From Haliotis cracherodii (lineage: Eukaryota), in assembly GCF_022045235.1 (NCBI RefSeq), contig NW_027266341.1, positions 51,646,001-51,710,000 on the forward strand: a stretch of DNA of 64,000 bases, in the 5' to 3' direction. Below the pieces are notes generated by a model that ran no database searches, had not been told where the DNA came from, and saw only the letters and a list, made by a program, of their open reading frames with translations. A program made the position numbers and the translations under genes. Shown here piece by piece: positions 13,521 through 27,725 of this stretch (positions are counted from its first letter, which is position 1; each line of letters opens with the position of its first letter).

Positions 13521-15109
13521 TACTAATAGCCAAAGGGAGTCGATATAGCACAGCAGTTAAAGTGTTTTCTCATAATGTACGAAGACCAGCTTCGATTTCC
13601 TACAAGGGTGCAATATATCTTCCCACGATCTGGTACGGGCATACGCGCCATTACCTTGGAAGAGCTACATCATTGCGATGGCACAAACGTCTTCAATACA
13701 GCCATACGCCTTAACGTCTTTCTGTGAAAGAAACTGCGTTCTCCCGTCTCCAATTGGCGTTTGTCGGGCAAATATTCTTGTGCTTCAATATATTTACCTA
13801 AATTAGACTCATCTTCTGCCTATATCAGACTTCAGTCATGCGATATACTGTGTTATATTACTGGAGCACGTGTCCCTTTTTTCAAATCCTGATTATGGAA
13901 CCTTAAGGCATGTGACTGAATGCTGGGCGATGCCAATCAATAATCTCATTGAATTGCAGGATATAGAATTGTTCAAAAATATTTTCCTAATGGCGAAGAT
14001 GTCAGAAGATGAGTTTGATATTTCACAATGAATGTTTATGTTGCATGTTATAGCATGTTAATAGACGTACACCAAACCTGTGTTTGAAACAGACACCGAT
14101 GACCTTCCTTTACAACATGCACACAATTTGGATATTCCAAGATAGTTTACCTTTTTGCAAGAAGCTTATCTCCCACATAGAGCACAGCCTTCAATCTTTC
14201 TTGCAATATCGCACGTTTTGCTAGCTAGGATTACAGCTACACGGAGGGCTATAGCCCGGATTGGAAACCACCACAAACTCCATTCAACAATGGTCAGAAC
14301 GACAGGGCTTCTATTCCAGAGATTGCCACAGCTGGATTCCTCTTGGTGCTGAAGGCGACAAGGGATATTTCAATGATCTGTATAAGAAAGAATCAGACAG
14401 TGGCTCTATCCTGCATTACCCTAACCAAGGTTGAAGGAACGAAGACATATTGTTAAATTAGAAGATGGGAGATTACACGGCATTACGAAATCGGTGTGGG
14501 TATTGATGATGTGCGGATATGCGAACGTCAATGATCGCAGTGTGGGAGAACAGACTGTAGATGTAGTCGTAGTGATTCCATGTCTCTGGTTGATGTGAAT
14601 AAAAAGATTGTAGGAAGAATATATTTACGGAATGTTTGGGAATGATTGACTAGGTTTTGGATTAAAAACTTATTGTTTGAGATTGCATTTCATGTTCATT
14701 TGATTAGAAACATGCGTGTTTGTTGAAGGGAGATTTGTGATATGTACATTGTTAATTTTCGAAAAATGACTTGAAAGGTTGATGGGTGCCCGCTGTGAGT
14801 TTCATAAAATATTGTATAGCCTCGATAAAGAAAATTGCAGTGAATGCAGGAGGAATAATGAAAACTTCCTTACTTACATTTGACAAACAAATGTACATCG
14901 TCACCTGTGTCATATTTATGTATGTGTGTGTACATGGTCTCTTGTGTCATTGGTGAACCTATTTGGGTAACAGCTAACACGATATCACAGCTTTTGATAA
15001 CCCACCTTTAATTATTTAAATCGCAAAACTGATTCGAGCTTTCAAATGATGGCCAACTTGCTTTATCAATCAATCAACTGTCAATAAATAAGTTCATTCA
15101 CTTGAGAGT

Positions 15110-15271
15110 GAAAGAGTATGGTTTTACGCCGCTTTAAGCAATATTCCAGCAATATCATGGCGGGGGACACCAGAAATGGGCTTCACACATTGTTTCCATG
15201 TCGGGAATCGAACCCGAGTCTTCGGCGTGGCGAGCGAACGCTTTAACCACTAGCCTACCCGACTGCCCCTA
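15110..15271 (-). mobile_element. tRNA-derived SINE (family D, Asp-like head)
   Basis: A and B boxes on the minus strand, 10-bp TSD ACTTGAGAGT (15100-15109 and 15272-15281), and an empty site in the paralogous unit at about 9058. Confidence 0.9.
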
Positions 15272-16294
15272 ACTTGAGAGTAACGGGTGCGATTAACCAG
15301 CCAGCGGCCAATCGCAAACAGATTGAACAGAAGAGACATTAAATGGTAAATCCCTTCTCAAACGATCTGTGCGTTTAGAATCTCTTTACAGTGTTTACAA
15401 ATACAAGATAACAGGAAAAACAAAGACATAGACTATTCCAATATAAGTTGTACATATTTTCAATCTGGGTCTATCGAAGTCGAGGGCGAATTCCATGCTA
15501 CGTTTATCTGCGATGCATTCGCTTCCCAAAGAAGGAAATATTTGCCACATTTAAAAACTCCGTACGTAAATCTCCAAGTAATGTACAATTTACTTAACTC
15601 AAATGACACAAAATCCAACACATACCTCCCCCAACAATGCAATAAATTGAACTTTGGTTCAGATGAGGGTAGGGTCCGTTTCCGAAGCACAACGCATAAA
15701 CTGTTCACATTAATTCTTTCTTGTTTCTGTGTTGGATAAAAAGGTCCACAGCACCCTGTGCATGTTTAGAAAGTTTTATAGTAGACACGTGGAGGGCATT
15801 TCCAAATTTGACGCATCAGTGACAAAATGATGTTCGATGCAATTCCCTATTTTGGCTTGTACCCTATCTTCCCGTGTGTGTGGTTTTTTTAGGTGAACAA
15901 TTGACTTGCATTTGCATGTGTTTGTGACATGTGCCAACAGTGGCCACCTTTTTTTCGAACACCTGGTATGATGACTATTATATAGTAATTCATTAACACA
16001 TGCACGTGATATAGTTGGAATCGTGCGATCGACTGTGCTTTCAGCAGAGATTTCTTATGAAAATTAAAAGGGTTTTGTCTCTCTTATTTACATTTCTTTA
16101 ATGTCAGTTACAGTTTGTGATTTGAACCATATGGAGACCCAGAGGGGCTAAAAACCCACGTGTAATATGTTGTAGGCAGGACTGGATCCGCCATTGTCAG
16201 CTGGGTAACAGCTTGTGAAAAACAGAAGACATATTACTTACGTCCAAGATTTAATTGCTTTTATTCTTGACTAGTTCAAAACATTTATTACCCC

Positions 16295-16335
16295 ACTCAC
16301 TCACTCACTCACTCACTCACTCACTCACTCACTCA
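16295..16335. repeat. (ACTC)n microsatellite
   Basis: About 10 perfect ACTC units. Confidence 0.95.
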
Positions 16336-16579
16336 AACATCTCGAACAACCACACGTCATCCCCTGTACAAGCTCGTGTTAAGTTCTTAGCACATTGAAA
16401 CTGTTCATGTTAAGCGAATAATGATGTGATTTCCCAATAGTTTCACCGTCGTGATTTACCAGCTGTCTAAAAAAGGAAGCCTATTTTCTTTTTCCTGTTA
16501 TTTAATAACATTCCGGAAAACCAACAACACCCTTGCCCATGAGAACCCACGTACAAACGCATCTCTCTCACACAATAAA

Positions 16580-18780
16580 TACAAGAGACAAAACCCTTTC
16601 CATAGCCACAAGAAATCTCTGCTTCAAGCAGAGTCGATTGTATGATTCCGACTGTACCACGAGCATGTGTTTAGGAATCACTTCCACATAGTGATGATAC
16701 CGGGTCTAAAGAAATATATAGTACATCCACCTAATGTGACACTGACAGTAATGTCAAATTCTTATTCGGGAATAGTTTTGCGAAATAATTTGCGGACATG
16801 TAGTTTACCTTTTAATACATGTTCAATCATTAATAGACCGTAAATTGATTGATTAATGTATCAGAAGTGATGCCTGTTATTTGCCGCAAATAAACTATAT
16901 ATAGTGTTCAATGTTTCAGGTCAAAATAACGTACTCAGAACGCAATATTTTTATGGAAATATGACGACAATTTCAATAGCTTGACATTTACTTAACATGC
17001 AGTAAAGACAATTATCACACACTACATTGCTTTCAGCAAACATAGCCTTGATGCTTTTTTTAATGGGTAGTGGTGTTCAAGGGAAAGAAACTTATCAGGT
17101 CGTGTTCCTCTCAAACTTCAGACTCTATTCTTCTATAAATAAGGACACAGCTTTTTCTTCGCCTTCACTATAAAAATGTGATCCGACTTTGTTCATATTA
17201 TATTGTAGTGAAGATTAAAGATTGGTATGTTGTATGGACGCATCTTCTCCCGAGTTACATCACGGGGCGTCAGCACAGTGTGGGAGGAGAGTCCGAAGTG
17301 ATGCAGGTCGTAGACGATTACAAACCCACAATTCTTGCAGGGCTCAAGGACACAAATCAGGAGAGTGAGTTACGGAACTACATGTAGGGTTAAAGTTCCA
17401 TTATGTGCACCGAAAGCCTGCTCACAATCGAATGAAATAGGATGACATTTTGAGTAGTTTGACATTTACTTACCTCACAGTAGAGACAATAATCACACAC
17501 TAACTTCACGGAAAGGGTGTGAGCAAACATCAAGGAAAAACACTCATGATGTACTGACGAAGCTTGAAGAAGAAGGTAGTGTCACGTGAACAGAACCATT
17601 CCTCAAACTAATCCTCTTCAGGTATTTACAGGTGTATCAACTCTTTGACAGGTATTTAGACCTTGGAATTACATTGGCACATGAACAGTTCTATGTCTTT
17701 ACAGGTGTATGTTACAAGCATAGTAAATATTGCATTTTGCCATTATACCTCTCCATAAGGCGCATGATATATGTCCTGTATAGTTATGTGATATATACAG
17801 CCGTGATCTGTGTGAAGAGGCTATGGGCCAGGCTCACATCCATTTACAGTTTAGGTCTAGACGTTGTAATTGGTGTGAAATTGGAGAAAGCGCATTTAGG
17901 TTATGAGGTGCTAATCTACATCCTAAAATTGACACATCAGACAAAATTCTGTTTGTAGCCTTGAATGAAAAGTCTATCAATTCTTCGAGATAAATCTGCC
18001 CTTAAAATGCTTTGAACGCATTTCGTTTATATCGCTATCAGTCCAAAGTTATACAAGTCATAGACGTTTAACACTTTGAGAGAATCCACAAGCACTACCA
18101 TGTTGCGCCTGAGGTCAGTGTGTCATCTGTCACGGGACATATAGCGCATGTATTGAGAAACACGTAACCCTCATGCAGAACCACAAAGACGTCGTATCAC
18201 CCTCCGTGCTAGACTGGACGAAGTCACCATTTCTCATAATTACATATTTATTCCTCGTCACAGGTATGTTCCTAATGCTTTGATAGCCTCTGGAATAGTT
18301 ATCTGCATTTCATTAAACTGAAAAGGAAACAGACCAAGTCTACTGCATACGCATGCCATTGTAAGTGTCGAGGATGGCAGAGTACTTGATTCATCTTCAT
18401 CGACGTGATCAGGGATATTTACAGAGAAGGCTAAAAAACTGAAAGCATAACTATCACTGCATATGACACTGGAGCAGCCCGAGCTCTTTTCTATATTTAG
18501 TCGGAAATCCACAATTTACCATTTGTCCTTTAATGACAAGAATATCGGTTTTGTCGTTTACAATTGACAATAATATGGCATAAACGTAAACCTGTAGTTT
18601 CATTTCTCCTGAGCCGAAACTATCATCCAGAAGAATTCAGATATTGATCATATTGTTTCTTTCTATTGAAATATTTGCCTAAGGACAAGGCATGGATAAA
18701 GATGCGCGGCTTCAAGTGTTGCAGGTCGGATAGCTGACAAACACAATCTAATCTGTCGAACATATGGCGGAGTCGAGAAT
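16580..18780 (+). pseudogene. Toll-like receptor-like pseudogene copy C
   Basis: Colinear with copy B. Includes RYLDLG, LPLYLSIRRMIYV, LTL*ENP, TM FLIITYLFLVTGMFL and the TIR-like segment at about 18540-18700. Confidence 0.55.
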
Positions 18781-20619
18781 CATCCATTCGCTCACTCATT
18801 CGCACAGCCGTTCACTGACACATTTACTCACTCGTTCACTCTCACATTCATTCATACTCTCCTGGTCACTGACAATTTAGCACATTCACTCACTCGTTCA
18901 CTAACACATTCACTCACTCATTCACCCATTTATTCGCTCACTCATTCACACACCCCTTCATTCACCCGTTCATTCACTTGTCAACTAGGACGCCTCCGTG
19001 ATCTAATAGATAAAGCAAGTCGTGTGAACGGAGACCAGAAGGTCAAAGGTTCGATCTCCTGGTCGCGTCAGACTAGAAATCTTTTTAATTTGGTACTTAT
19101 TACCCTGCCTGGCCCTCAAAGTAGGAGTGTCTGAGAAGTCTTGAGTGAGATAGTGATATGGCATGCAATATAATACTTATATCGCACAGAAGTTATTTTC
19201 ATGAGCCTCAAGCATAAATGCCTTCTGTAACCTAGGGGTTAAAAGCTATCGAAAAGCTGAATACTGCCAAAATCGTGTAAAAGGATCATTTAATAGTCAA
19301 GGGGAGTCGATATAGCCCAGCAGTTAAAGTGTTTTCTCATAACTCGACCTGTTTCGATTTTCTACAAGGGTGCAATATATCTTACCACGATCTAGTACGG
19401 ACATGCGCGCCATGGCCTTGGAAGAGCTACTTCATTGCGATGGCACAAACGATCCATATATAACGATATAGATCCATACGAATTACAGTCTTTCTCTGAC
19501 AAAAACTGCCTCCTACCGTCTCCAAATGGCGTTTGTCTCACAAACAATCTTGTGCTTCAATATATTAACCTAAATAAGTCCCATCTTCTGGGTAGTTAAA
19601 ACAAATCAGACTTCAGTCATGCTTTATACTGTGTTCGGTTTATGCTGCATGTTATAGCATGTTAATAGACGTACACAAAACCTGTTTTTGAAACAGACAC
19701 CGATGACATTCCCTTACAACATTGCATACAATTTGGATATTCCAAGATAGTGTACATTTTTTGCAAGAAGCTTATCTCCCACAGAGAGCATACTTAGCCT
19801 TCAATCTTTCCTGCAATATCACACGTTATAGCGAGTTAGGATTACAGCTACACGGAGGGCTATAGCCCGGATTGGAAACCACCACAGATTCCATTCAACA
19901 ATGGTCAGAACGACAGGGCTTCTATTCCAGAGATTACCGCAGTTGGATTCCTCTTGGTGCTGGAGGCGACAAGTGATATTTCAATGATCTGAACAAGAAA
20001 GAATCAGACAGGGGCTCTATCCTACATTACCCTAACCAAGATTGTAGGGACGAAGACATATTGCTAAATTAGAAGATGGGAGATTACACGGCATTACGAA
20101 ATTGGTGTGTGGGTATTGATGATGCTAGCGGATATGCGGACGTCAATGATCGCGGTGTGGGAGTACAGACTGTGGATGTAGTCGTAGTGATTCCATGTCT
20201 TTGGTCGATGTGAATAAAGAGATTGTAGGAAAAATATATTTACAGAAAATTTTGGAATGATTGAATAGGTTTGGGATTAAAAAACGGACTGTTTGAGACA
20301 GCTTCATGTTCATTTCGTGTTCTCGGGCTAACCACTTTGATTAGAAACATGCTTGTGTGGGTTAAAGTGGGATTTGTGATATGTACATTGATAATCTTTT
20401 CAAAATAATTTGCTGGTTTGATGGGTGTCCGATGAGATATTGACAAAATATTTTATAGACTCCATGAAGAAAATTGTGAAGTGACTGAATATGTGACGAA
20501 AACCAAAATTGCAGTCAGTGCATGAGGTGTACTGAAACATATGATGAAAGAAGGTGAATGACTTACGGAAATTAAACTTTGCATAGTATTTCAGTCACAT
20601 CACTCTGCGTCGGGTCAAG

Positions 20620-20830
20620 GTGTCATAAGGCTAACCCACAGGCTCGTGCATAGTGCATACAAACCAACGATCATAGCAGCGTTAATCTGAGAATAAAAAA
20701 AGCGACGCCACTCTGCACAGTTGTCATAAGGCTAACCCACAGACTCGTGCATAGTGCATACAAACCAAGGATCATAGCAGCGTTAATTTGAGAATCAAAC
20801 CACCACGCAACTCTGAAGACTGTGGTTTCT
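20620..20830. repeat. About 90-bp tandem dimer (homologue at 25050-25270)
   Basis: GTCATAAGGCTAACCCACAG.CTCGTGCATAGTGCATACAAACCAA..ATCATAGCAGCGTTAAT.TGAGAAT occurs twice. Confidence 0.85.
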
Positions 20831-21982
20831 GAGACTACTGCACCAACCGCACCCACTATGAAGAAAGCAAATATTCCTGTGAATCCAAAATTTTAGCCTT
20901 CATAAGTTTACTTGAAGTAATTTGTCATAATTATATGCAATCATGATTCAAATTGCTTAAAATTAGATACATAAATGTTAGCTATATAATTGGATATCAG
21001 CTAGTGCCTACAATATATATTCGCATCCCCAAAACATTCATAACCTAAGGCCTCCTCCCCCTGCCCCTAACACACCAACTTACAACTTACATCCACCACC
21101 ATCCTCACCACCACCCCCACCACCCCCCCCCCCCGCCCCCCCCCCCCCCCCACACACACACAAACACCCACCTCGAACAACCCCACGCCATCCCCTATAC
21201 ACGCTCGTGTTAAGTTCTTAGTACAACTAAACTAACCAAGAGCACCTGTTCCTTATTCACTGTGATTTCCCTACAGTTTCACCACCATGATCTACCAGCT
21301 GTCAAAAGGCCGAAAGCAATTTTCTTTTTCCTCTTATTTAAAAACATTCATGCAGACCACAAAAATCAACTCCAGCAAATACAAAAAAGCCTTGCCAACG
21401 AGAATCCACGTCCATACTAATCACTATCACACAAATCTCATCCCACCTTACACTGGCACTGTCTGTAATGCCACATTCATATAATTAAATGCTAAAACTT
21501 ACACTTATTTACATACTTACATTTGACATTTGACGAACAAATGCACAGCGTGCCATTTTTATTTATGTATGTGTATATAGTCTATTTTATCACTGATACA
21601 GCTATATATGCAATAAGTAACAGAATAGCGCAGCGTTAAATAGCCCATCTTTAGAAATTTGAATCACATTAGATTCGAGCTTTCTCATGGCAAACGTGCT
21701 TCATCATTCTTGCATCAACTGTCAATATATGGAAGGATAGCATATCAGGTAATATGTTTATTCATTTGAGAGTAACGGAAGCGATTTACAAGACAGTGGC
21801 GAATCGCAAATAGATTAAACAGAAGAATTAAATAAGGTTTCACTTTGCCTAACCTATTGTCATAAAACTTTCCATCCTCAAACCATATTTTGGTTTATTG
21901 TCAGAAAAACATTGTGTATTGTGAGACAGTTCATATGGCTGGATGTAGCATTACTGTTGTGGCGTTAATCTCTGACTGGCTG

Positions 21983-22248
21983 ACCCATGAAGGTCTGGGC
22001 TAGAATAGGTCTTCAGCAACCCATGCTTGCCGTAAAAGGTGACTATGCTTGTCGTAAGAGGCTACTAACGGGATCGGGTGGTTAGGCTCACTGACTTGGA
22101 TGATGCATGTCATCGTATCCCATTTGCGTGGATCGATACTTATGATGTCCGTCACTGGATTGTCTTGTCCAGACTCGATTATTTACAGACCACCGTCGTG
22201 TAGCTGTAACATTGTTTAGGGAGGCGTTATACAACAAACAAACAAACC
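21983..22248 (+). mobile_element. Family-A short retroposon, full length
   Basis: Starts GACCCATGAAGGTCTGGGCTAGAATAGGTCTTCAGC and ends GGCGTTATACAACAAACAAACAAACC. Confidence 0.85.
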
Positions 22249-22691
22249 ATTCACTGAACAGTACACAGATTAGGTAAATGAGTAAAACAAATTGAGTCAT
22301 GAAGGGACTTGAGCAGTGCCTTACATTATTCACGACATAATATAATTACCTTCATCAAAAAATTAACCTGTCAACTGCAGGAATTAATCATTATCTATAA
22401 TCATAGCTATTCTGGAGTTAAAACTTTAATTTACTTATTTACAAATTTACTTGTTTACTTTCTGTGGGATATTTGTATTCTTATTAACGACACCTTTTTA
22501 CTTTTGCTTCGGAAAATGTAAAAAATATTCTAACATTTGGTCATTGTGAAGGTGTGACTGGCTATAAACATACCTTGATGAATTCGAAGGGCATCTTTAG
22601 AGTCGATTGATTCCTGATAATATGATGTGGAGTCATAGGCAATGCTATTTCATGCCGTTACTGATAATTGTATATTTCAAGCACCTGTTAC

Positions 22692-23793
22692 TAGGGCTGC
22701 AACGATACAGGAAGGTCACGATACGATACGCATCTCGATATTCTGGTCACGATACGATACGTATCTCGATACGCAATGATACAAAAACAAGACTTAGAGC
22801 ATGTCAAGATTGAACCTTTAGGGATTTTGGAACAGTCAAAATTATTTTATAATAACAAGACTACTGAAGTTGTTAAGCTTCAAAGTGGAACTTTCTCTAA
22901 TTTCCCTTTAAAACAATTCAAAGTTCAAACACCAGAAAATAATTAATGTGCTTAACCGGTGATACAACTTCAAATAATTTTTATGCAGTGGTTAAAGAAA
23001 TTGTATCTGAAATTATTGTTTTATCAGGAATAATATATTCCAATATCGTGTTACTTTAGTTGCAGCTTTAACTAAATATGTATTTAAAATTATAAAAAAC
23101 ACAAGCGTAGCATTTTGGTACTGGTGATTGTTGTTGCAGGATATTTTTACGTATGGAACAATTTGACCAGTCACCGTAGGGACTTCCCGCGCGACATGTA
23201 TTTCGATTGCGAAAATGTTATGTTGACATATATTAACCAAATTGCCACAAATATGACTTTTAACGAGTCTAAGTATGGCATTTTTCATTTATTTATCCAT
23301 TCTTTAGCAACTAAAGTTCGTTTCAATGCGTCAAAAGCGGTAATCTGACCTAACTTAATGAAAACGATGTTAAATGAAATTTTGAATAATATTGATAAAA
23401 TATATTGCAAACACATATATACAATGAACACGTTTTAATAACAAGATAGTATAATGATGGCATTGAATTGTGTACTGGTTTTGTTGACTGGTATTTCCGG
23501 AGTTATGTGCTTGCGGTAATCAGCTGATAATGTTGTTTGGGATGGGGAAAAACATCTGTCAGTGTAAAACCTCAGCTTATTAAAAATGTAAGTACGTTTT
23601 TGGGAGCCATGCGTTACCGCGCGCTATAACCAAGTTAGCGGTTTTTGGAAAGGCACAATAGCGAGGAAACGCTGTACTTCAGATTTGCGTTCCGTATCAT
23701 GGTGTATCGATAAATGGGCCCACGTTTATCGTATATCGTATCGTGGGTCAAGTATCGCGATGCATCGGAATATCGGTGTATCATTTCACCCTA
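22692..23793. mobile_element. Non-autonomous hAT-like DNA transposon (about 1.1 kb)
   Basis: TIRs TAGGGCTGCAACGATAC / GTATCATTTCACCCTA, subterminal CGATA repeats, and an imperfect 8-bp TSD CCTGTTAC / CCTACTAC. Confidence 0.8.
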
Positions 23794-25509
23794 CCTACTA
23801 CCCTGCTCAAGAACAAGAAGGAAAACAAGAAATTCAACAACCAACAGAAGAACAGACTTTACAAGCAGGCACACACCTGCATGTCAGCATAGGTGCAATG
23901 CTTGTATTTGAGTGGCGTTTTATTATGTTTACAACGTAATTTGTCCCTTGACGTAAGGGTACATGCAATAAGGTGGAACATTCCGTCAGCAAGCCCTGTT
24001 CGAGGGCAAATCCTGCTAAAGGAAGTTTGAGCATGTGGCTAAATGCTGGCGCATGCCAATCGATACTTTAATGGAACAGCATCATATAGAATGTCTTCAA
24101 AACATATTTTTCTAATTGAGTAAATGTTAGAAGATGAGTTTGATATTTCATAATGAACGTTTATGTTGCATGCTTTAGAATGTTAATAGACGTACACCAA
24201 ACCTATTTTCGGAACAGACAACGATGACCTTCCCTTACAAACATGCACATACATAACAATGAGGATGTTCCAAGATAATGTACCTTTTTTGCAAGAAGCT
24301 TATCTCCCACAGAGAGCATAGCCTTCAATCTTTCTTGCAATATCACACGTTATAGCGAGCTAGGATTACAGCTACACGGAGGGCTATAGCCCGGATTGGA
24401 ATCCACCACAGACTCCATTCAACAATGGTCAGAACGACAGGGCTTCTATTCCAGAGATTGCCGCATCTGGATTCCTCTTGGTGCTGGAGGCGACAAGTGA
24501 TATTTCAATGATCTTTACAAGAAAGAATCAGACAGGGGCTCTATCCTGCATTACCCTAACCAAGGTTGGAGGAACGAAGACATATTGCTAAATTAGAAGA
24601 TGGGAGATTACACGGCATTACGAAATTGGTGTGTGGGTATTGATGATGCTAGCGGATATGCGGACGTCAATGATCGCGGTGTGGGAGTACAGACTGTGGA
24701 TGTAGTCGTAGTGATTCCATGTCTCTGGTCGATGTGAATAAAGAGATTGTAGGAAGAATATATTTTCGGAATGATTGAATAGATTTGGGATTAAAAACTG
24801 ACTGTATGAGACTGAACTTCATGTTCATTTCGTGTTCTCACTGTGATAGGAAACATGCTTGTGTGGGTTAGAGTGGGATTTGTGATATGTACATTGATAA
24901 TCTTTTCTTTTGCTGGTTTGATGGGTGCCCGATGTGAAATTGACAAAATATTTTAAAGCCTCCATGAAGAAAATTGGAAGTGACTGAATATGTGATGAAA
25001 ACCAAAACTGCAGTGAGTGCATGAGGTGTACTGAAACATATGAAGAAAGGTCAAGGTGTCATAAGTCTAACCCACAGACTGGTGCATAGTGCATACAAAC
25101 CAAGGATCACAGCGGCTTTAATCTGAGAATAAGAAGACGATGCCACTCTGCACAGTAGTCTCATAAGTCTAACCAACAGGCTCGTGCATGGTGCATACAA
25201 ACCAAGGATCATAGCGGTGTTAATCTGAGAATCAAACCACCATGCAACTCTGCAGACTGTGGTTTCTGAGACTACAGCACCAACCCCACCCACTATGAAG
25301 AAAGCAAATATTCCTAGGAAGCTAAATTTTAGCCTTCATAAGCTTACTTGAAGTAATTTGTCACAATTACATGCAATCATGATTCAAATTGCTTAAAATT
25401 AGATACATAAATGTAAGCTATATAATTGGATATCAGCTAGTGCCTACAATATTCGCAACTCCCTACAATATATTCGCATCCCCAAAACATTCTTAACCTA
25501 ACGCCGCCT

Positions 25510-25637
25510 CCCCCTCCCCCCCCCCCCCCCCCCCCGACACACACCAACTTACGACTTACATCCACCGACACCCACCCCTACACACAAATACACCAACATA
25601 CACACAACTTACATACTTCCCCACTCCTACACACACA

Positions 25638-25716
<79 letters not shown>
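25510..25716. repeat. poly(C) tract and (CA)n microsatellite
   Basis: C run at about 25517-25535 and long (CA)n at about 25630-25716. A shorter homologue lies at 21120-21165. Confidence 0.95.
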
Positions 25717-25718
<2 letters not shown>

Positions 25719-27049
25719 CGAACAACCCCTCGCCATCCCATATGCACGTTTGTGCTAAGTTCTCATTGTGATTTCCCTACAGTTTCACCACCATGATCTA
25801 CCAGCTGTCAAAAGAACGAAAGCACTTTTCTTTTTTACTCTTATTTAAAAACATTCATGAAGACCAACAAGAATCAATTCCAGCAAATACAAAAATCCTT
25901 GCCGACGAGAACCCACGTACATACCAATCACTATCACACAAATCTCGTCCAGAGAAATAGACGGTACACCCACTGCCTGTAATGCCTAATTCATATGTTG
26001 CTAAAACTTACTTACATTTGACATTTGACTGGCAAATGTACAGCGTCTCCTCTGCCACGTTTATGAATTGATGTGTACATGGCCTATTTTGTCATTGATG
26101 CACCTATTGAGGTCACACGTAACCAAATAACGCAGTGTTTGATTGCCCCACTTTAAAGATTTGAATAACATATTGGTTTCAAGTTTTCAAATTACCAACT
26201 TGCTTTATCAATCCGGCATCAGTTGTCAAGATATGAAGGATAACATATCAGGGGAGTAAGTTCACCAGCCAGCGGCCAAAAGCAAACAGATTGAACAGAA
26301 GAATCATATATTGTTTCACTTTGCTGAACTTATTGTCAGTAGGATATCAATAATCCCCACACGATCTCTTGGTTCAGAGCTGTTCATGTTAAGACCAGAT
26401 GGTATTGCTAGATGTAGAATTACTGTTGTGGAATGTGCCTGAACAATTATGGGAAAATACCATTGTGCTTTAGAAAACTGATATAGTCTAACTTTAGATA
26501 AGGCACTCCACACTCCTACCATGACACGAGCGTTTTGAAACGCTGTTTTGGAACGAGTCCTTACATATTGGTCAATAGGCCAGCTATCTCAGAATGTATG
26601 TTTTACTTATTTTGTATAGTATTTATTAAGTAGCACTTATGTTGCAGTTGGTTTGAAATAGCTACCCAGTAACAATAACACATATACAGAATGACTATCT
26701 CTCCACCCCGAACTTCGACATGGCTGAACGTGGCCCACTCCCGTTACACCGTATTGTCTATGGTTGCCAAAATAGTTGTTCAAGGTGACAGCGCAATTGA
26801 CAAATTGCATGAACCCAGAGAACGAACGCGATCTGTAATAATGTTTATCTATAACGTGATGAATTAATGGTTCTCACTGGCAACGGAAACACACTGAAGG
26901 AGTACGAGACGGCATTATACGTCATGACATTGTGCTAATTTTTGTGACAGATGATTATGTGGCCTTGACACAGTGGTAAGTGTATTTTTACTTAAATGGG
27001 TGTGTATGTATATCAAATATATACAATTCTAATGGTTTTACGGCTACCA

Positions 27050-27725
27050 TTGTTATAAGCATCGATACGTAGGCTATCGATAGATCAATGCTTTCATACG
27101 CAAGGTTTGTGTGCGAATGCATGCTAATTTTGAGGTATTAAATGGAATTATTCTTCAGTGTCGTGGTAGAATTGTCGACAAGCAGTATTATCCATGCGAA
27201 ATATTACAGAGTATAGAAACAGGCTTCGCCCATTTGTCCGTCACGTTTCGTGTCCAGGGCATACCTCATAAACCGTTCATTTTTTTCTTTATAAAACTTT
27301 GTAAACACGTCAGGCGCGCACTGCAATAGTGTCCTTTGGTAGTGAAGGCTGTGATAGATTATATGGTTTTGTATCTCCAGGGCAATAAGTTGAACTATTG
27401 TTCAACTGAGGGGAGAGGTTCATGAACTGTTCCCATTAATTCTTTGTAAAACTTTGTATACATGTCAATGAAGTGCTGAACTGGTGTCTTGTTATTCAGG
27501 GGTTTCTCAAAATCAGTAAATGCAATATCGTGTCACTTGATTTTCTGGTTCATCGATCACTCGATTGTCTGGTTTGTTTACAGGCCCCCTTGGTACGGCA
27601 TGATTACTGCCGTGCGGCATCAGGTAAATAATACTTACTTCTTTGTCCAAATTGTGCGAATGGCGGGTGCTACCTGTTGAGAAGGATATGCTTACCCTTT
27701 TCACGAACACCTGGTGTCATCACTG
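27050..27725 (+). mobile_element. Decayed Penelope-like RT C-terminal fragment with downstream stem-loop
   Basis: ORF 27111-27329 (RMHANFEVLN...FRVQGIPHKPFIFFFIKLCKH) resembles PLE KRDDFNFxIVNFP...QGYxxxxLxxxFxKFxxxH. The motif GGCGGGTGCTACC...GCTTACCCTTT...GAACACCTGG lies at about 27660-27715. Confidence 0.5.

Larger units (their letters stand above)
6400..26450. repeat. Tandem segmental duplication array (about 4-5 diverged units of 4.5-6 kb)
   Basis: The anchor CCCCTxTACACGCTCGTGTT recurs at about 10441, 16361, 21192 and 25737. The block CAAGAAGCTTATCTCCCAC...GTGAATAAAGAGATTGTAGG recurs at about 8090, 14160, 19765 and 24295. Confidence 0.95.
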
